Shown one piece after another: positions 46,719-56,525 of a stretch of DNA of 64,000 nt (positions are counted from its first letter, which is position 1; each line of letters starts with the position of its first letter). This stretch comes from Paracoccaceae bacterium (lineage in GTDB: Bacteria > Pseudomonadota > Alphaproteobacteria > Rhodobacterales > Rhodobacteraceae). The notes below the pieces were generated by a model. The model was not told the origin of the DNA. It did not search any database and saw nothing but the letters and a program-made list of their open reading frames with translations. The translations under genes were made by a program, and so were the position numbers. The stretch is taken from NCBI GenBank assembly GCA_028097405.1, contig JAOHEK010000014.1, forward strand, positions 2,147-66,146. Direction: 5' to 3'.

Positions 46719-47714
46719 GTGGGGCAGGGCGCGTATATATTCGCGCCCGCCGGGCCTGAGTTAAGCCGCAAGGAGGCTGCGTTTTTTCGCAGCACTGATC
46801 CTTGGGGCTTTATTCTGTTTCAACGAAATTGCGAGACACCCGGGCAACTAAAGCGTCTGACGTCCGAGTTGCGTGCCGCAGTCAGACGGGACGCGCCTAT
46901 TTTGATTGATCAGGAAGGCGGGCGTGTGCAGAGGATGCGCGCGCCCCATTGGCGCGAATGGATGCCGCCATTGGATCAGGTGGCACTGACGTCGAATGTG
47001 CGCGCCATGTACCTGCGCGGTGTGTTGATCGGGACTGAACTGGTGGCGCATGGCGTGGATGTGAATTGCGCGCCCTCAGCGGATTTGGCGTGGCCCGAAA
47101 CGCATGATTTTTTGCGTAACCGGTGTTATGGCACCGAACCTAGCGAGGTGGCCGCTATGGCGCGGGCCTGCGCTGACGGTTTGATGGCGGCGGGGTGTTT
47201 GCCTGTTTTGAAGCACGCGCCGGGACATGGGCGCGCGACGCTTGATAGCCATAAGGCGCTGCCGCGAATCGATGTGGCCTTGGCCGATCTAGCTGACACG
47301 GATTTTCGCCCTTTTCGCGATCTGGCCGACCTTCCGATGGTGATGACGGCTCACATTGTTCTGCCCGAGATTGACCCGGAGGTTCCGGTCACCTTGTCGC
47401 CCGAAGGCATCGCCTACCTTAGGCAACAGCTTGGTCTGACAGGACTTCTGATGACCGACGACATTTCCATGGGCGCTTTGGAGGGCTCGGTCGCTGAACG
47501 ATCTCGCCGTGCGATGGCGGCAGGCTGTGATCTGGTCCTGCATTGCAATGGAGAAATGCCCGAAATGAAGGCGATTGTTTCGGCTATTGGCGAAATGAGT
47601 GCCGACGGCGTAAATAGGGCAGATATAGCGGTTCAGCGCCGTCAGACCCCAACAGATATTGACATTCCGGCGCTTGAGGCAGAATTTAGCGCTCTCATTA
47701 AGGGAGCAAAATAA
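46719..47714 (+). CDS. nagZ: Beta-N-acetylhexosaminidase (GH3)
   Basis: GFILFQRN, ILIDQEGGRVQR and KHAPGHG motifs. The GTG start lies immediately after the upstream stop. Confidence 0.8.
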   Translation: MGQGAYIFAPAGPELSRKEAAFFRSTDPWGFILFQRNCETPGQLKRLTSELRAAVRRDAPILIDQEGGRVQRMRAPHWREWMPPLDQVALTSNVRAMYLRGVLIGTELVAHGVDVNCAPSADLAWPETHDFLRNRCYGTEPSEVAAMARACADGLMAAGCLPVLKHAPGHGRATLDSHKALPRIDVALADLADTDFRPFRDLADLPMVMTAHIVLPEIDPEVPVTLSPEGIAYLRQQLGLTGLLMTDDISMGALEGSVAERSRRAMAAGCDLVLHCNGEMPEMKAIVSAIGEMSADGVNRADIAVQRRQTPTDIDIPALEAEFSALIKGAK

Positions 47715-47715
47715 C

Positions 47716-48498
47716 ATGCCAGACGGCGACGCTGATTTCGACGATGTCGAAGCCCGTCTTGAAGCCGAAGCGTTGATTATCGACGTCGACGGCTTTGAGG
47801 GCCCGCTTGATTTGTTGTTGATGCTGTCGCGGACGCAAAAGGTGGACTTGCGGAAAATCAGTGTTCTTGCGCTTGCTGAACAATATTTGACGTTCGTCAA
47901 TCAAGCCAAGACGCTTCGGATTGAACTGGCCGCAGATTATCTGGTGATGGCCGCTTGGCTAGCGTTCTTGAAATCTCGGCTTTTGCTGCCACCTGATCCG
48001 ACGGACGAAGGCCCGTCGGGCGAAGAATTGGCCGCACATTTGGCGTTCCAGTTGGAACGGCTTTCGGCGATGCGCGATGCGGCGGCGAAGCTGATGGCGC
48101 GGGATCAAAAGGGCCGTGATTTCTTTGTGCGTGGTGTCCCCGAAGATGTGACGCGCGTGCGCCGGGTGCGCTATACGGCGACACTTTTGGACCTGATGCA
48201 GGGCTATTCGCGGCTGAGAACCAAGGATGATTTTCGCCCGTATGTCATGGATCGGATGCATGTGATGACGTTGGAACAGGCGCTGGAACGGATGCGCGGT
48301 TTGATCGGCTATGCAGGCGAATGGACGGATCTGTCGTCCTATATGCCGGAAGGTTGGGAAACCGATCCGGCGCGCCGCCGATCAGCCACAGCGTCGCATT
48401 TTGCCGCTTCGCTTGAACTGGTGAAGAGTGGCGCGATCCAAATTCGGCAGACCGAGCTGTTTTCTCCTATTCAGATCAAGGCGGTCGCACGTGGCTGA
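47716..48498 (+). CDS. scpA: Segregation and condensation protein A
   Basis: VDGFEGPLDLLLMLSRTQKVDLRKISVLALAEQYL is an ScpA signature. The ATG at 47716 lies 1 nt after the nagZ stop. Confidence 0.8.
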   Translation: MPDGDADFDDVEARLEAEALIIDVDGFEGPLDLLLMLSRTQKVDLRKISVLALAEQYLTFVNQAKTLRIELAADYLVMAAWLAFLKSRLLLPPDPTDEGPSGEELAAHLAFQLERLSAMRDAAAKLMARDQKGRDFFVRGVPEDVTRVRRVRYTATLLDLMQGYSRLRTKDDFRPYVMDRMHVMTLEQALERMRGLIGYAGEWTDLSSYMPEGWETDPARRRSATASHFAASLELVKSGAIQIRQTELFSPIQIKAVARG

Positions 48499-48502
48499 GA
48501 CA

Positions 48503-49279
48503 ATGGAAACCGAAGATGTGGGCGTTGAAATTGACGTCAACGAAAGCCTCTTTGAAGCGCCTCCCATGGGCGAACAGGAACGCATGGTCGAAGCAATTCT
48601 TTTTGCGACGACCGAACCTGTGACGGTCGCCGAACTGAACGCGCGGATGCCCCACGGTTGCAACGCGACCGAGGCGTTGGCGCTGTTAGAAAAACGCTAC
48701 GAGGGGCGCGGCGTGTCGGTCAAAAAGATCGGCGAGGGCTGGGCGGTTCGAACGGCGTCAGACCTTGGATTTCTGATGCAAAAGGAAACGGTCGAGACCC
48801 GCAAGTTAAGTCGGGCCGCTATCGAAACCTTGGCCATCGTTGCCTATCATCAATCTGTCACTCGTACCGAGATCGAAGAAATCCGTGGCGTCAGCGTTAG
48901 CCGGGGCACGGTAGATCAGTTGCTTGAGCTACAGTGGATCAAGTTCGGTCGTCGCAAAATGACGCCCGGGCGACCTGTCACGTATATGGTCACGCAGGAG
49001 TTTTTGGATCACTTCGGATTGGAAAGCGCACGCGATCTGCCGGGGCTAAAAGAGCTACGCGCCGCCGGTCTTTTGGAAAACCGTCCACCGCCTGGAGAAC
49101 CGATCGAGGACGAAGAGGCGGAAGACAAAAACCAGACAGATATGTTTACGCCCGCTGACGCCACCGAAAATGAAGAGGTAATCGAGGATGTCCTTGAAGA
49201 CGTCTTCAACGAACCAGTCGACAGCGTTTCTGATGATGAGACTGCGGAAGACGGCGCTGAGATCAAAAGTGAGGATTAG
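48503..49279 (+). CDS. scpB: Segregation and condensation protein B
   Basis: VEAILFATTEPVTVAEL... and TLAIVAYHQSVTRTEIEEIRGV are the two winged-helix repeats. The C-terminal tail is acidic. Confidence 0.8.
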   Translation: METEDVGVEIDVNESLFEAPPMGEQERMVEAILFATTEPVTVAELNARMPHGCNATEALALLEKRYEGRGVSVKKIGEGWAVRTASDLGFLMQKETVETRKLSRAAIETLAIVAYHQSVTRTEIEEIRGVSVSRGTVDQLLELQWIKFGRRKMTPGRPVTYMVTQEFLDHFGLESARDLPGLKELRAAGLLENRPPPGEPIEDEEAEDKNQTDMFTPADATENEEVIEDVLEDVFNEPVDSVSDDETAEDGAEIKSED

Positions 49280-49282
49280 TCT

Positions 49283-49429
49283 ATGAATGCCAACCGTTTG
49301 ATAAGTATGGCTGTTCGGATGTTGATGCGGTACGGGATGAAATACTTGAACAAAGGCCAAAAAGCCGATCCCAACGTGAAAACGGCGCAAAAGTCGGCAA
49401 AAGTTGCGCGTCGTATTGGCCGCTTCTAA
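49283..49429 (+). CDS. Candidate 48-aa basic small protein (below the ORF-track cutoff)
   Basis: My own translation is MNANRLISMAVRMLMRYGMKYLNKGQKADPNVKTAQKSAKVARRIGRF*. GAGGA lies 7 nt upstream of the ATG. The ORF fills the scpB-to-GNAT gap. Confidence 0.3.
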   Translation: MNANRLISMAVRMLMRYGMKYLNKGQKADPNVKTAQKSAKVARRIGRF

Positions 49430-49943
49430 GGCTGATCTACGCATTCTGGCGGCGGACGGTCCTGACGATATTCATGCGCTGCGCCCACTTCTGATCGGGT
49501 ATTTTGAGGTTATCAACACTGCATTGGCCAGCTTTGGCGAGACGATTGATTTCACCCCGATGCTGAACGATATGCTTGGCCATACCGCGCGTTTTCTACC
49601 GCCAGACGGGCAAACGCTTTATGCTGTCGATGGGGATCGCACGGTGGGCATGGCCTTCTTAAAACCCATTGGACCTAACATCGAACTTAAGCGTCTTTTT
49701 GTCCTGCCCGAAGCACAAGGCACTGGGCTTGGTGGTCGCTTGCTGAACCATGCGATCAGCGAGGCACGCGCGCTTGGGGGTGCGGCACTTTATCTTGATA
49801 CGTTGCAAGGGCTTTCGACGGCGGTTCGGATGTATGAAAAAGTGGGCTTCAAGCACATCCCGGCTTACCCCGAAAGCGAAGTTGGCGGTAACGCCCGTGT
49901 TGCAAAACATGGGGTGTTCATGTGTCTTGATCTAACCGCGTGA
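49404..49943 (+). CDS. GNAT-family N-acetyltransferase
   Basis: The acetyl-CoA site is LFVLPEAQGTGLGGRLL, followed by YEKVGF. The start is uncertain: TTG 49404 is the only early candidate and it overlaps the small ORF. Confidence 0.65.
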   Translation: MRVVLAASKADLRILAADGPDDIHALRPLLIGYFEVINTALASFGETIDFTPMLNDMLGHTARFLPPDGQTLYAVDGDRTVGMAFLKPIGPNIELKRLFVLPEAQGTGLGGRLLNHAISEARALGGAALYLDTLQGLSTAVRMYEKVGFKHIPAYPESEVGGNARVAKHGVFMCLDLTA

Positions 49944-49951
49944 TCCGGGCG

Positions 49952-51028
49952 TCAGTCCATTTTAAAATGTTTGGACAGCTTCAGGCTTTGGCCTTGATAG
50001 TTTGATTTGATCTCGCGCCCGTAAAGCGCTGCGGGTTCTTCGGCCATACGTTCATAGACCAAACGCCCGACGATTTGTGCGTGTTCCAAAACGAAGGGCG
50101 CCTCGTGACATCGCACTTCCAGAACGCCGCGTGATCCGGCCCCCCCCGCTGCGGCCCACCCAAAACCGGGATCGAAGAAGCCAGCATAGTGCACCCGGAA
50201 TTCGCCGACCATTGCCAGATAGGGCGCCATTTCGGCGGCATGGGTTGGTGGGATGATAATGGCTTCGCGGCTGACCAGAATGTAAAAAGCGCCGGGGTCA
50301 AGAATGATCCAGCCCGTGTCGGTATGCACGTCTTCCCAAAAATCCTTTGGGTCGTAATGGGCAAGTTTCGCCAGATCAATGACGCCGGTGTGCGGCTTGG
50401 CGCGATAGCCGACCAAAGTGCCGATCTCGGGTCTCAGATCGACGGAAAATCCCAAACCGCCCGAGATCATAGCCTCGCCCGATACCACGGGGGTCTTGGC
50501 ATGCAGCGCGCGAAGTGTGTCGTCGTCGATCACAGTTTGGCCTTGGCGGAAGATAATCTGGGTCAACATCTGACCGGTTTTGGCAATCACCGAAAAGCTT
50601 TGCGGGCAGATTTCTGCGTAAAGCGGGCCCTTGTAACCATCTGGAATGCGGTCAAATTCTGTGCCGCGGTCAGTGATAATCCGGGTCAGTAAATCCAAAC
50701 GACCGATCGAGGATTTTGCGCTGGCGGCCCCCGCAACGCCTTTCGGCAGATCGAGGCTTTCTAAAAGGGGGACAACATAAACACAGTCCTTTTCCAGAAC
50801 GGCGCCACCTGTCAGATCAATCTGGTGCATGGTGAAATCGGTCAATCGATCGGCAACACGCCGGTCTGCGCCCGCCAAAAACGATGCACGCACGCGGTAG
50901 GCCGTGGTGCCAAGCCGCAAGTCAAGTGAGGCTGGTTGAAGCTGTTCGTTCAACACATTGGGCGTGGCGGTGATTTGTCCGATGCCGATCATCTGGCGGA
51001 TCGATTTGTCTGGCAAAACGCCGGTCAT
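49952..51028 (-). CDS. dcd: 2'-deoxycytidine 5'-triphosphate deaminase (long alphaproteobacterial form)
   Basis: 358 aa. The N-terminus ILPDKSIRQMI...QPASLDLRLG and the duplicated dUTPase-like fold are typical of this family. Confidence 0.8.
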   Translation of the reverse strand: MTGVLPDKSIRQMIGIGQITATPNVLNEQLQPASLDLRLGTTAYRVRASFLAGADRRVADRLTDFTMHQIDLTGGAVLEKDCVYVVPLLESLDLPKGVAGAASAKSSIGRLDLLTRIITDRGTEFDRIPDGYKGPLYAEICPQSFSVIAKTGQMLTQIIFRQGQTVIDDDTLRALHAKTPVVSGEAMISGGLGFSVDLRPEIGTLVGYRAKPHTGVIDLAKLAHYDPKDFWEDVHTDTGWIILDPGAFYILVSREAIIIPPTHAAEMAPYLAMVGEFRVHYAGFFDPGFGWAAAGGAGSRGVLEVRCHEAPFVLEHAQIVGRLVYERMAEEPAALYGREIKSNYQGQSLKLSKHFKMD

Positions 51029-51050
51029 GCGATCCTCGTTGATAGGATGT

Positions 51051-51127
51051 TGGTCGGGCTAGCAGGACTCGAACCTGCGACCTTCCGTCCCCCAGACGGA
51101 CGCGCTACCAGGCTGCGCCATAGCCCG
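51051..51127 (-). tRNA. tRNA-Pro (anticodon GGG), with encoded CCA
   Basis: The minus strand folds as a cloverleaf: CGGGCTA-TG-GCGC-AGCCTGGTA-GCGC-G-TCCGT-CTGGGGG-ACGGA-AGGTC-GCAGG-TTCGAGT-CCTGC-TAGCCCG-A-CCA. All stems are fully paired. Confidence 0.9.
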
Positions 51128-51193
51128 ACTCGCAGATCTTTTGACGTAAAAAAGGACCGGGGGCAAGAGCCGATCTGAGCCGTCATCATAAGA

Positions 51194-51955
51194 TCAGTGC
51201 GCCGTGGCCAGAAGGGCCTTAAGGCGCTCGGCGGCTTGTAAGACATCCGCACGATTGGCTTCCAAAGCTGCCGGGTCAGCCATAAGAAGTCGCGCCGCGA
51301 TACCGGGCGAGGCGGCAAATTCTGGGGCGTCATCTTCTGGGTCCATCAGGGGCACATCTGGCGTGGCCGGGATGGTCGGGCCGGGGGGAACTGTCTCGGG
51401 TTTTGATTCTGGCTCGAGTGAGGGCGCCGTTGCATCGTCTTTAACGACTGTTTCGACCACGGGTCTGGTCGGGGTGCGGCTGCTTCGCGAGAATACCGGG
51501 ACCGCTTCGCGCTCGACCTCTGCATCTTCGCTGGGCATATCACCGATGGGGTCGATTGTCGGATCAGGTACCGCATCGCGTGAGTTGCGGGCCGCAGGTG
51601 CCGGTGTCGCGTTCAGGGCTTCGGCTTCAATGGTCTTAGGTTGGCTTAGCTCGGGTTCGGTCTCGATGCCTTCACCCTTTAGGGCGGGCGAGAAAGCCGA
51701 CACATGCTTGATGCCTTCTTCGCGGAACAGCTTTTGAACGCCACGAATGGTCATGCCCTGATCGTGCAGTAGCGTTTTCACACCACCAATCACGCGCATG
51801 TCTGACGGGCGGTAATACCGCCGTCCGCCAGCCCGCTTTACAGGCTTAATTTGCGAAAACCGCGATTCCCAAAATCGCAGGACATGCGTGGGCACGTCCA
51901 GCCATTCGGCAACTTCAGAAATCGTCCTAAATGCTTCGCGAGATTTCTGTACCAA
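51194..51955 (-). CDS. MerR-family transcriptional regulator with a long Pro/Ala-rich C-terminal region
   Basis: [44 protein letters not shown] is a MerR HTH. The gene lies directly downstream of ihfA. Confidence 0.75.
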   Translation of the reverse strand: MVQKSREAFRTISEVAEWLDVPTHVLRFWESRFSQIKPVKRAGGRRYYRPSDMRVIGGVKTLLHDQGMTIRGVQKLFREEGIKHVSAFSPALKGEGIETEPELSQPKTIEAEALNATPAPAARNSRDAVPDPTIDPIGDMPSEDAEVEREAVPVFSRSSRTPTRPVVETVVKDDATAPSLEPESKPETVPPGPTIPATPDVPLMDPEDDAPEFAASPGIAARLLMADPAALEANRADVLQAAERLKALLATAH

Positions 51956-51958
51956 CGA

Positions 51959-52261
51959 TCACGCCTTGTTGCCGGCCGCCACACGATCTTTCATCAGATG
52001 AGACGGACGGAAGGTCAGCACCCGGCGGGGATGGATAGGCACCTCTTCCCCGGTCTTTGGGTTGCGGCCAACACGAGCAGCTTTGTCTCGGACAGAAAAT
52101 GTTCCGAAGGACGAGATTTTTACCTGATCACCTTTGACCAATGCATCGGACATGTGCAGGAGAACGCTTTCAACCAATTGCGCGGATTCGTTTCGACTGA
52201 GTCCAACTTCCCGAAATACGGCGTCACTCAGATCCATGCGGGTCAAAGTTTTTTCACTCAT
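51959..52261 (-). CDS. ihfA: Integration host factor alpha subunit
   Basis: 100 aa, with the GFGTF-type motif [26 protein letters not shown]. Confidence 0.9.
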   Translation of the reverse strand: MSEKTLTRMDLSDAVFREVGLSRNESAQLVESVLLHMSDALVKGDQVKISSFGTFSVRDKAARVGRNPKTGEEVPIHPRRVLTFRPSHLMKDRVAAGNKA

Positions 52262-52441
52262 CCCGGCCCCCTATTGATTAATTGTTGTGCGGGTCACATT
52301 GGTCGGGATGAAATTACGAGTCAATAACAAGAGCTTGGAAAAGGGCCTTAACTTCGACGAACATAACGCAAATTGTGAATGAGAGGCGAATTTTCGCCTG
52401 AACTTTCCACCGAACCAACAATGAAGTGACGTTCGGCCGCG

Positions 52442-53416
52442 TTACCAGCGAATAATAACCGAGCCCCAAGCCAACCCGCCGCCGATGGCTTCGGTGACCA
52501 CAAGATCGCCGGGTTTAATCTTGCCTTGCTCGACACCCGTGGACAAAGCCAAGGGGATCGAAGCGGCTGAAGTGTTTCCGTGATCCTGAACCGTGACGAT
52601 CACGCGGTCCATGTCGATTCCCATTTTCTGCGCTGTGGATTTGATGATCCGCAGGTTCGCCTGATGGGGAACCATCCAGTCCACATCGTCGCCAGTAAGG
52701 CCCAGCTTTTCAAGCGAAGTATGAGCGGTTTTGGCCAGTTTCTCGACAGCGTGGCGGAAGACCTCTTTGCCCTGCATTTGTAAGGTGCCGGTCGATTGCG
52801 TGGACACACCGCCATTCACATAAAGTATATCACGGTGACGTCCGTCGGACTGTAAATCGGTCGCCAGAATGCCGCGATCGGCATTGGTGCCGGACATCTC
52901 TTCGCCCTCAATTACGACAGCACCGGCACCGTCGCCGAATAACACGCAGGTGCCTCGGTCGGTCCAATCCAGAATGTTGCTAAAGGTTTCGGCCCCGATC
53001 ACGATCACCCGTCTGGCCTGACCCGACAGGATCAGCGCATTGGCCTGCGACAGGGCAAAGACAAATCCCGCACAGACCGCCTGCACATCAAAGGCAAATC
53101 CACGGGTCATATTCAATTGTGCTTGGACCATCGTGGCAGCCGACGGGAATGTCAGATCAGCGGTGGACGTCGCAACAATGATAGCATCAATGTCGTCGGG
53201 TTCCAGCCCAGCCATTTCAAGCGCATTGCTTGCCGCTTTGGCCGCCATCTGGGATGTAGTTTCGCCTTTGGCCACGAAATGGCGACGCTCAATGCCGGAC
53301 CGCGATTTGATCCATTCGTCTGATGTGTCAAGCTTGTCCTCGAACCACGAGTTCGGGACCACTTTTTCGGGCAGATAATGCCCGACGCCTCGTACCACCG
53401 CACGTGTTGTCATCAT
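52442..53416 (-). CDS. fabH: 3-oxoacyl-ACP synthase III
   Basis: The active-site region CAGFVFAL, HQANLRI, and the C-terminal GGGLAWGSVIIRW. Confidence 0.9.
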   Translation of the reverse strand: MMTTRAVVRGVGHYLPEKVVPNSWFEDKLDTSDEWIKSRSGIERRHFVAKGETTSQMAAKAASNALEMAGLEPDDIDAIIVATSTADLTFPSAATMVQAQLNMTRGFAFDVQAVCAGFVFALSQANALILSGQARRVIVIGAETFSNILDWTDRGTCVLFGDGAGAVVIEGEEMSGTNADRGILATDLQSDGRHRDILYVNGGVSTQSTGTLQMQGKEVFRHAVEKLAKTAHTSLEKLGLTGDDVDWMVPHQANLRIIKSTAQKMGIDMDRVIVTVQDHGNTSAASIPLALSTGVEQGKIKPGDLVVTEAIGGGLAWGSVIIRW

Positions 53417-54522
53417 GCCTGCTCTTTGCCAGCCGCTTCAGCGGTCTTGTTCGGGCCATCTTGCCCGGCGTGATTAAAGGATGCAACCCGCGCGGCCAAA
53501 CGGTCGTTGAAGCTGCTTTCGGCCAATCGGACGGCCAGTTGGATCGCCGAGGCCACACCGGTGGCATCCGCCGAGCCGTGGCTTTTGACAACGGTGCCGT
53601 TCAACCCAAGAAACACGCCGCCATTGACGCGACGTGGATCGATCCGCCGGGTTAAACGTCGAAGCGACGTCATAGCCAAAAGTGCGGCAATCCGCGACAA
53701 CGGCGTTGCGCGAAAGGCCGTTTGTAAGAATTCGCGGATCAAGGACGCCGTGCCTTCGCCGGTTTTCAAAGCGACGTTGCCGGTAAAGCCGTCGGTGACG
53801 ATCACATCGACCCGGTTGGACGGGATATCGCCGCCTTCGACGTAGCCGATGAACTCGAAATTCGTGTCTTTGGCCACGTCTTCGATCAGGTCATGGGCTT
53901 CGCGGGTCTCGGTACGGCCTTTGTTTTCTTCCGTGCCGACGTTCAAAAGCCCGATGCGCGGGCGATCCAGACCCAGACCGTTTCGCGCATAAGAGGCACC
54001 CATGATCGCATATTGCAAAAGGTCTTTGGCGTCGGCGCGCAGGTCGGCGCCCACATCCAGCATCACATTGAAGCCACCGGGATTGCGTGATGGCCAGAGG
54101 CAGGCAATGGCGGGTCGGAAAATGCCGGGCAATTTGCGCAACCTGATCATCGAAACTGCCATCAAAGCGCCAGTGTTGCCGCAGGATACAATCGCTTGGG
54201 CCTCGCGATCGCGCACCGCATCAATTGCGGCCCACATCGAGGTGCCCTTGCCGTGGCGCATCACATGACTGGGTTTGTCTTCCATACGCACAACCTTGGA
54301 CACGTCACGAATTTCGCAACGGTCGGTCAGTTTGCGTTTCGCGACCAGCGGTTTCAATTCGCTGGCCGGTCCGAACACAAGAAATTTAACGTCAGGATTT
54401 TCGCTGGCCGCAATGCCAATGCCGGAAACCACAGCTATAGGCCCCATATCGCCACCCATGGCGTCAACGGAAATTGTCAGCCGTGTTTCTTCGCTTGGAT
54501 GAGGATCGGTTGGTTCCGACAT
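53413..54522 (-). CDS. plsX: Phosphate acyltransferase PlsX
   Basis: ISVDAMGGDMGP and the VTDGFTGNVALK motif. It overlaps the fabH start. Confidence 0.9.
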   Translation of the reverse strand: MSEPTDPHPSEETRLTISVDAMGGDMGPIAVVSGIGIAASENPDVKFLVFGPASELKPLVAKRKLTDRCEIRDVSKVVRMEDKPSHVMRHGKGTSMWAAIDAVRDREAQAIVSCGNTGALMAVSMIRLRKLPGIFRPAIACLWPSRNPGGFNVMLDVGADLRADAKDLLQYAIMGASYARNGLGLDRPRIGLLNVGTEENKGRTETREAHDLIEDVAKDTNFEFIGYVEGGDIPSNRVDVIVTDGFTGNVALKTGEGTASLIREFLQTAFRATPLSRIAALLAMTSLRRLTRRIDPRRVNGGVFLGLNGTVVKSHGSADATGVASAIQLAVRLAESSFNDRLAARVASFNHAGQDGPNKTAEAAGKEQA

Positions 54523-54543
54523 CCCTCAGACGCCGGGCAACGC

Positions 54544-54750
54544 TTACGCGGCGTCTTCGTCCAGGTCGATCTCGTCGGCCTGAGCGACGACTTCGCGGTC
54601 GGCGTAATGGCCGCAAGCACCACAAACGTGGTGAGGGCGCTTCAGTTCACCGCAGTTCGGGCATTCGCCCGGGTTCTCAGCCGTCAGTGCATCATGCGCA
54701 CGGCGCATGTTGCGGCGGGATGGGGTAATCTTACTCTTAGGGACGGCCAT
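54544..54750 (-). CDS. rpmF: 50S ribosomal protein L32
   Basis: [22 protein letters not shown] plus the CxxC...CxxC zinc ribbon. Start trimmed to MAVPK. Confidence 0.9.
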   Translation of the reverse strand: MAVPKSKITPSRRNMRRAHDALTAENPGECPNCGELKRPHHVCGACGHYADREVVAQADEIDLDEDAA

Positions 54751-54910
54751 GTCCAAAACCTCGGTATTTAGCGGGGCGTTGCCCCTGTTTCACGATCAAC
54801 GTGTTGGTTCGGCAGGTCTTACGCGCCTGAGCGCTGCTTGTCCAACATATTGTTCAAAAGAGGCCGCGAACATACTGCGATTCCCCTGAAAGGCAAGCGT
54901 CATCTCAGGC

Positions 54911-55462
54911 CTAGGTGCTTCCATCACCAGAACCGGTTTCGCGCAAGGTTTTTAAGGCCGCGAACGGTTTGGCGTCATCGTCTGTCATCGGTGCTTTGCC
55001 GGGTTCAGTGACTGTTACATCGACAGGATCAACACCCAAAGCGCGCGGCCAGTCCGGAAGCGCCAAAGCCAGAGCTTCGGTCATGACCGCGACAAGGTCC
55101 AACGCGTCGGGCAGGGGGTCGCTGTTTTCGTCGTGTGGCATTTCAACCTCGCCCTCGGTCGGCTCGGGAATGTGGGACAGGTAATGCCGGTGCGTGGCCT
55201 CGTCGATGCGTGTGGTGACCGGTTCGCCTGTCACCACGCAATCTTGCACAACGGTGGCGCCCAGTTTGGCCTCTAGGCGAAGATCGCGATTGCCGTCTGG
55301 CAGGAGTTGGCCCGTAAACGTCAGCTTACGGATACCCGGAATGCCAAGATCACGCGCAATCACTGCACGCGTCTCGGCGTCAGGTTTAACTGTGAAGTCG
55401 ACGGGTTCATGCACGCCGCGGCATTTAACGATGTGATCAACAGGGGCGTCGGTCATGAGCAA
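54911..55462 (-). CDS. yceD: YceD-family (DUF177) protein
   Basis: It occupies the conserved position upstream of rpmF-plsX. The C-half is acidic, as in DUF177 proteins. Confidence 0.7.
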   Translation of the reverse strand: MLMTDAPVDHIVKCRGVHEPVDFTVKPDAETRAVIARDLGIPGIRKLTFTGQLLPDGNRDLRLEAKLGATVVQDCVVTGEPVTTRIDEATHRHYLSHIPEPTEGEVEMPHDENSDPLPDALDLVAVMTEALALALPDWPRALGVDPVDVTVTEPGKAPMTDDDAKPFAALKTLRETGSGDGST

Positions 55463-55534
55463 ATCCTTGAACCTCTGGCGGTCTCTGGATATGCCGATTA
55501 GGCGGCGGTGCGCCGTTTGGCAAGAGGTGGTACG

Positions 55535-56002
55535 ATGCGGCTAGTTTCAAGACATAGGCAAAGGGCGGTTGTGGCTCTGGTCGGGTTGGCTGTGCTGTCG
55601 GCTTGTTCGCGCCTTGAAGACAGAACTGGATATATTCCTGACGCCCAATTGCTGCAGGACGTGCAAGTTGGCCGCGACACGAAAGACACCGTGGGTCGTA
55701 TTTTGGGACGACCCGGAACCGAGGGCATTATCGACGAAAACGCGTGGTACTATGTGCGATCCGACTACGAACGCTTTTTGTGGCGCGCTCCGGTCGAGGT
55801 GGATCGTCAGGTTCTGGCCGTCAGTTTTGCCGAAGACCAGCGGGTCTCGAACATCGAGCGCTTTGGTCTGGAACAGGGTCAAGTCGTGGTGCTGGAACGC
55901 CGTGTGACGGATTCGAACACCCAAGGCGTCAGTTTCTTGCGTCAGTTGTTTTCGAACCTTGGCAACTTCAATCCGGGCGACTTTTTCAACGACGACGGCT
56001 AA
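55535..56002 (+). CDS. bamE: Outer membrane protein assembly factor BamE (SmpA/OmlA lipoprotein)
   Basis: Lipobox LAVLSAC, followed by GYIPDAQLLQDVQVGRDTKDTVGRILGRP. The ATG at 55535 follows AGAGGTGG. Confidence 0.7.
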   Translation: MRLVSRHRQRAVVALVGLAVLSACSRLEDRTGYIPDAQLLQDVQVGRDTKDTVGRILGRPGTEGIIDENAWYYVRSDYERFLWRAPVEVDRQVLAVSFAEDQRVSNIERFGLEQGQVVVLERRVTDSNTQGVSFLRQLFSNLGNFNPGDFFNDDG

Positions 56003-56018
56003 TCGGCTGATTTTGCTG

Positions 56019-56432
56019 CTAAACCTTGGCGTCAAAGTCCAACGATGCACCGTTGATGCAATAGCGCAATCCCGTGGGCTGCGGCCCATCGGGAAACACA
56101 TGCCCCAAATGCCCGTCACAGCGCGCGCAATGCACTTCTGTCCGGCGCATAAAAAGACTGCGGTCTTCTTTTTCGCCAACCATTTCACCGTTCACCGGCT
56201 GGTAAAACGACGGCCATCCGGTGCCGCTATCGAATTTATGAGCCTGATCAAACAATTCTGTGCCACAGCCCTTACACGTGAAAAGGCCCGGGTCTTTGGG
56301 GAAGTCATCGTTGCTAAAAGCACGTTCGGTTGCGTGCTTCCTAAGGACCTTAAAAGACAGATCATCCAACTGTCTGCGCCATTCGTCGTCGGTTTTTATA
56401 ACTTTTTCCACGATAGACTTCCTTTTCGTCAT
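56019..56432 (-). CDS. msrB: Peptide-methionine (R)-S-oxide reductase
   Basis: Zinc site CxxC...CxxC and the catalytic GHLGHVFPDGP...RYCING motif. Start trimmed to the ATG at 56432. Confidence 0.85.
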   Translation of the reverse strand: MTKRKSIVEKVIKTDDEWRRQLDDLSFKVLRKHATERAFSNDDFPKDPGLFTCKGCGTELFDQAHKFDSGTGWPSFYQPVNGEMVGEKEDRSLFMRRTEVHCARCDGHLGHVFPDGPQPTGLRYCINGASLDFDAKV

Positions 56433-56525
56433 CTCTGGCCATGGGGTTGCATGGCGCATTGGCTTTGACAATATCTAAGGTGAAGATGGTGAATCACCAA
56501 GTACCCTGACCCTTGTACGAGACAT

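Noticed and set aside
51025-51333. 102-aa minus-strand ORF (and the 50936..51178 plus-strand ORF) spanning the dcd-MerR gap.
   Set aside because: Both run straight through a perfectly folding tRNA-Pro(GGG) gene at 51051-51127.
52262-52441. A possible terminator or ncRNA in the 180-nt ihfA-fabH spacer (hairpin GGCGAA-TT-TTCGCC around 52385-52400).
   Set aside because: The stem is short and no T-tract follows on the relevant (minus) strand. I recognised no conserved RNA motif, so the evidence is insufficient to call a feature.
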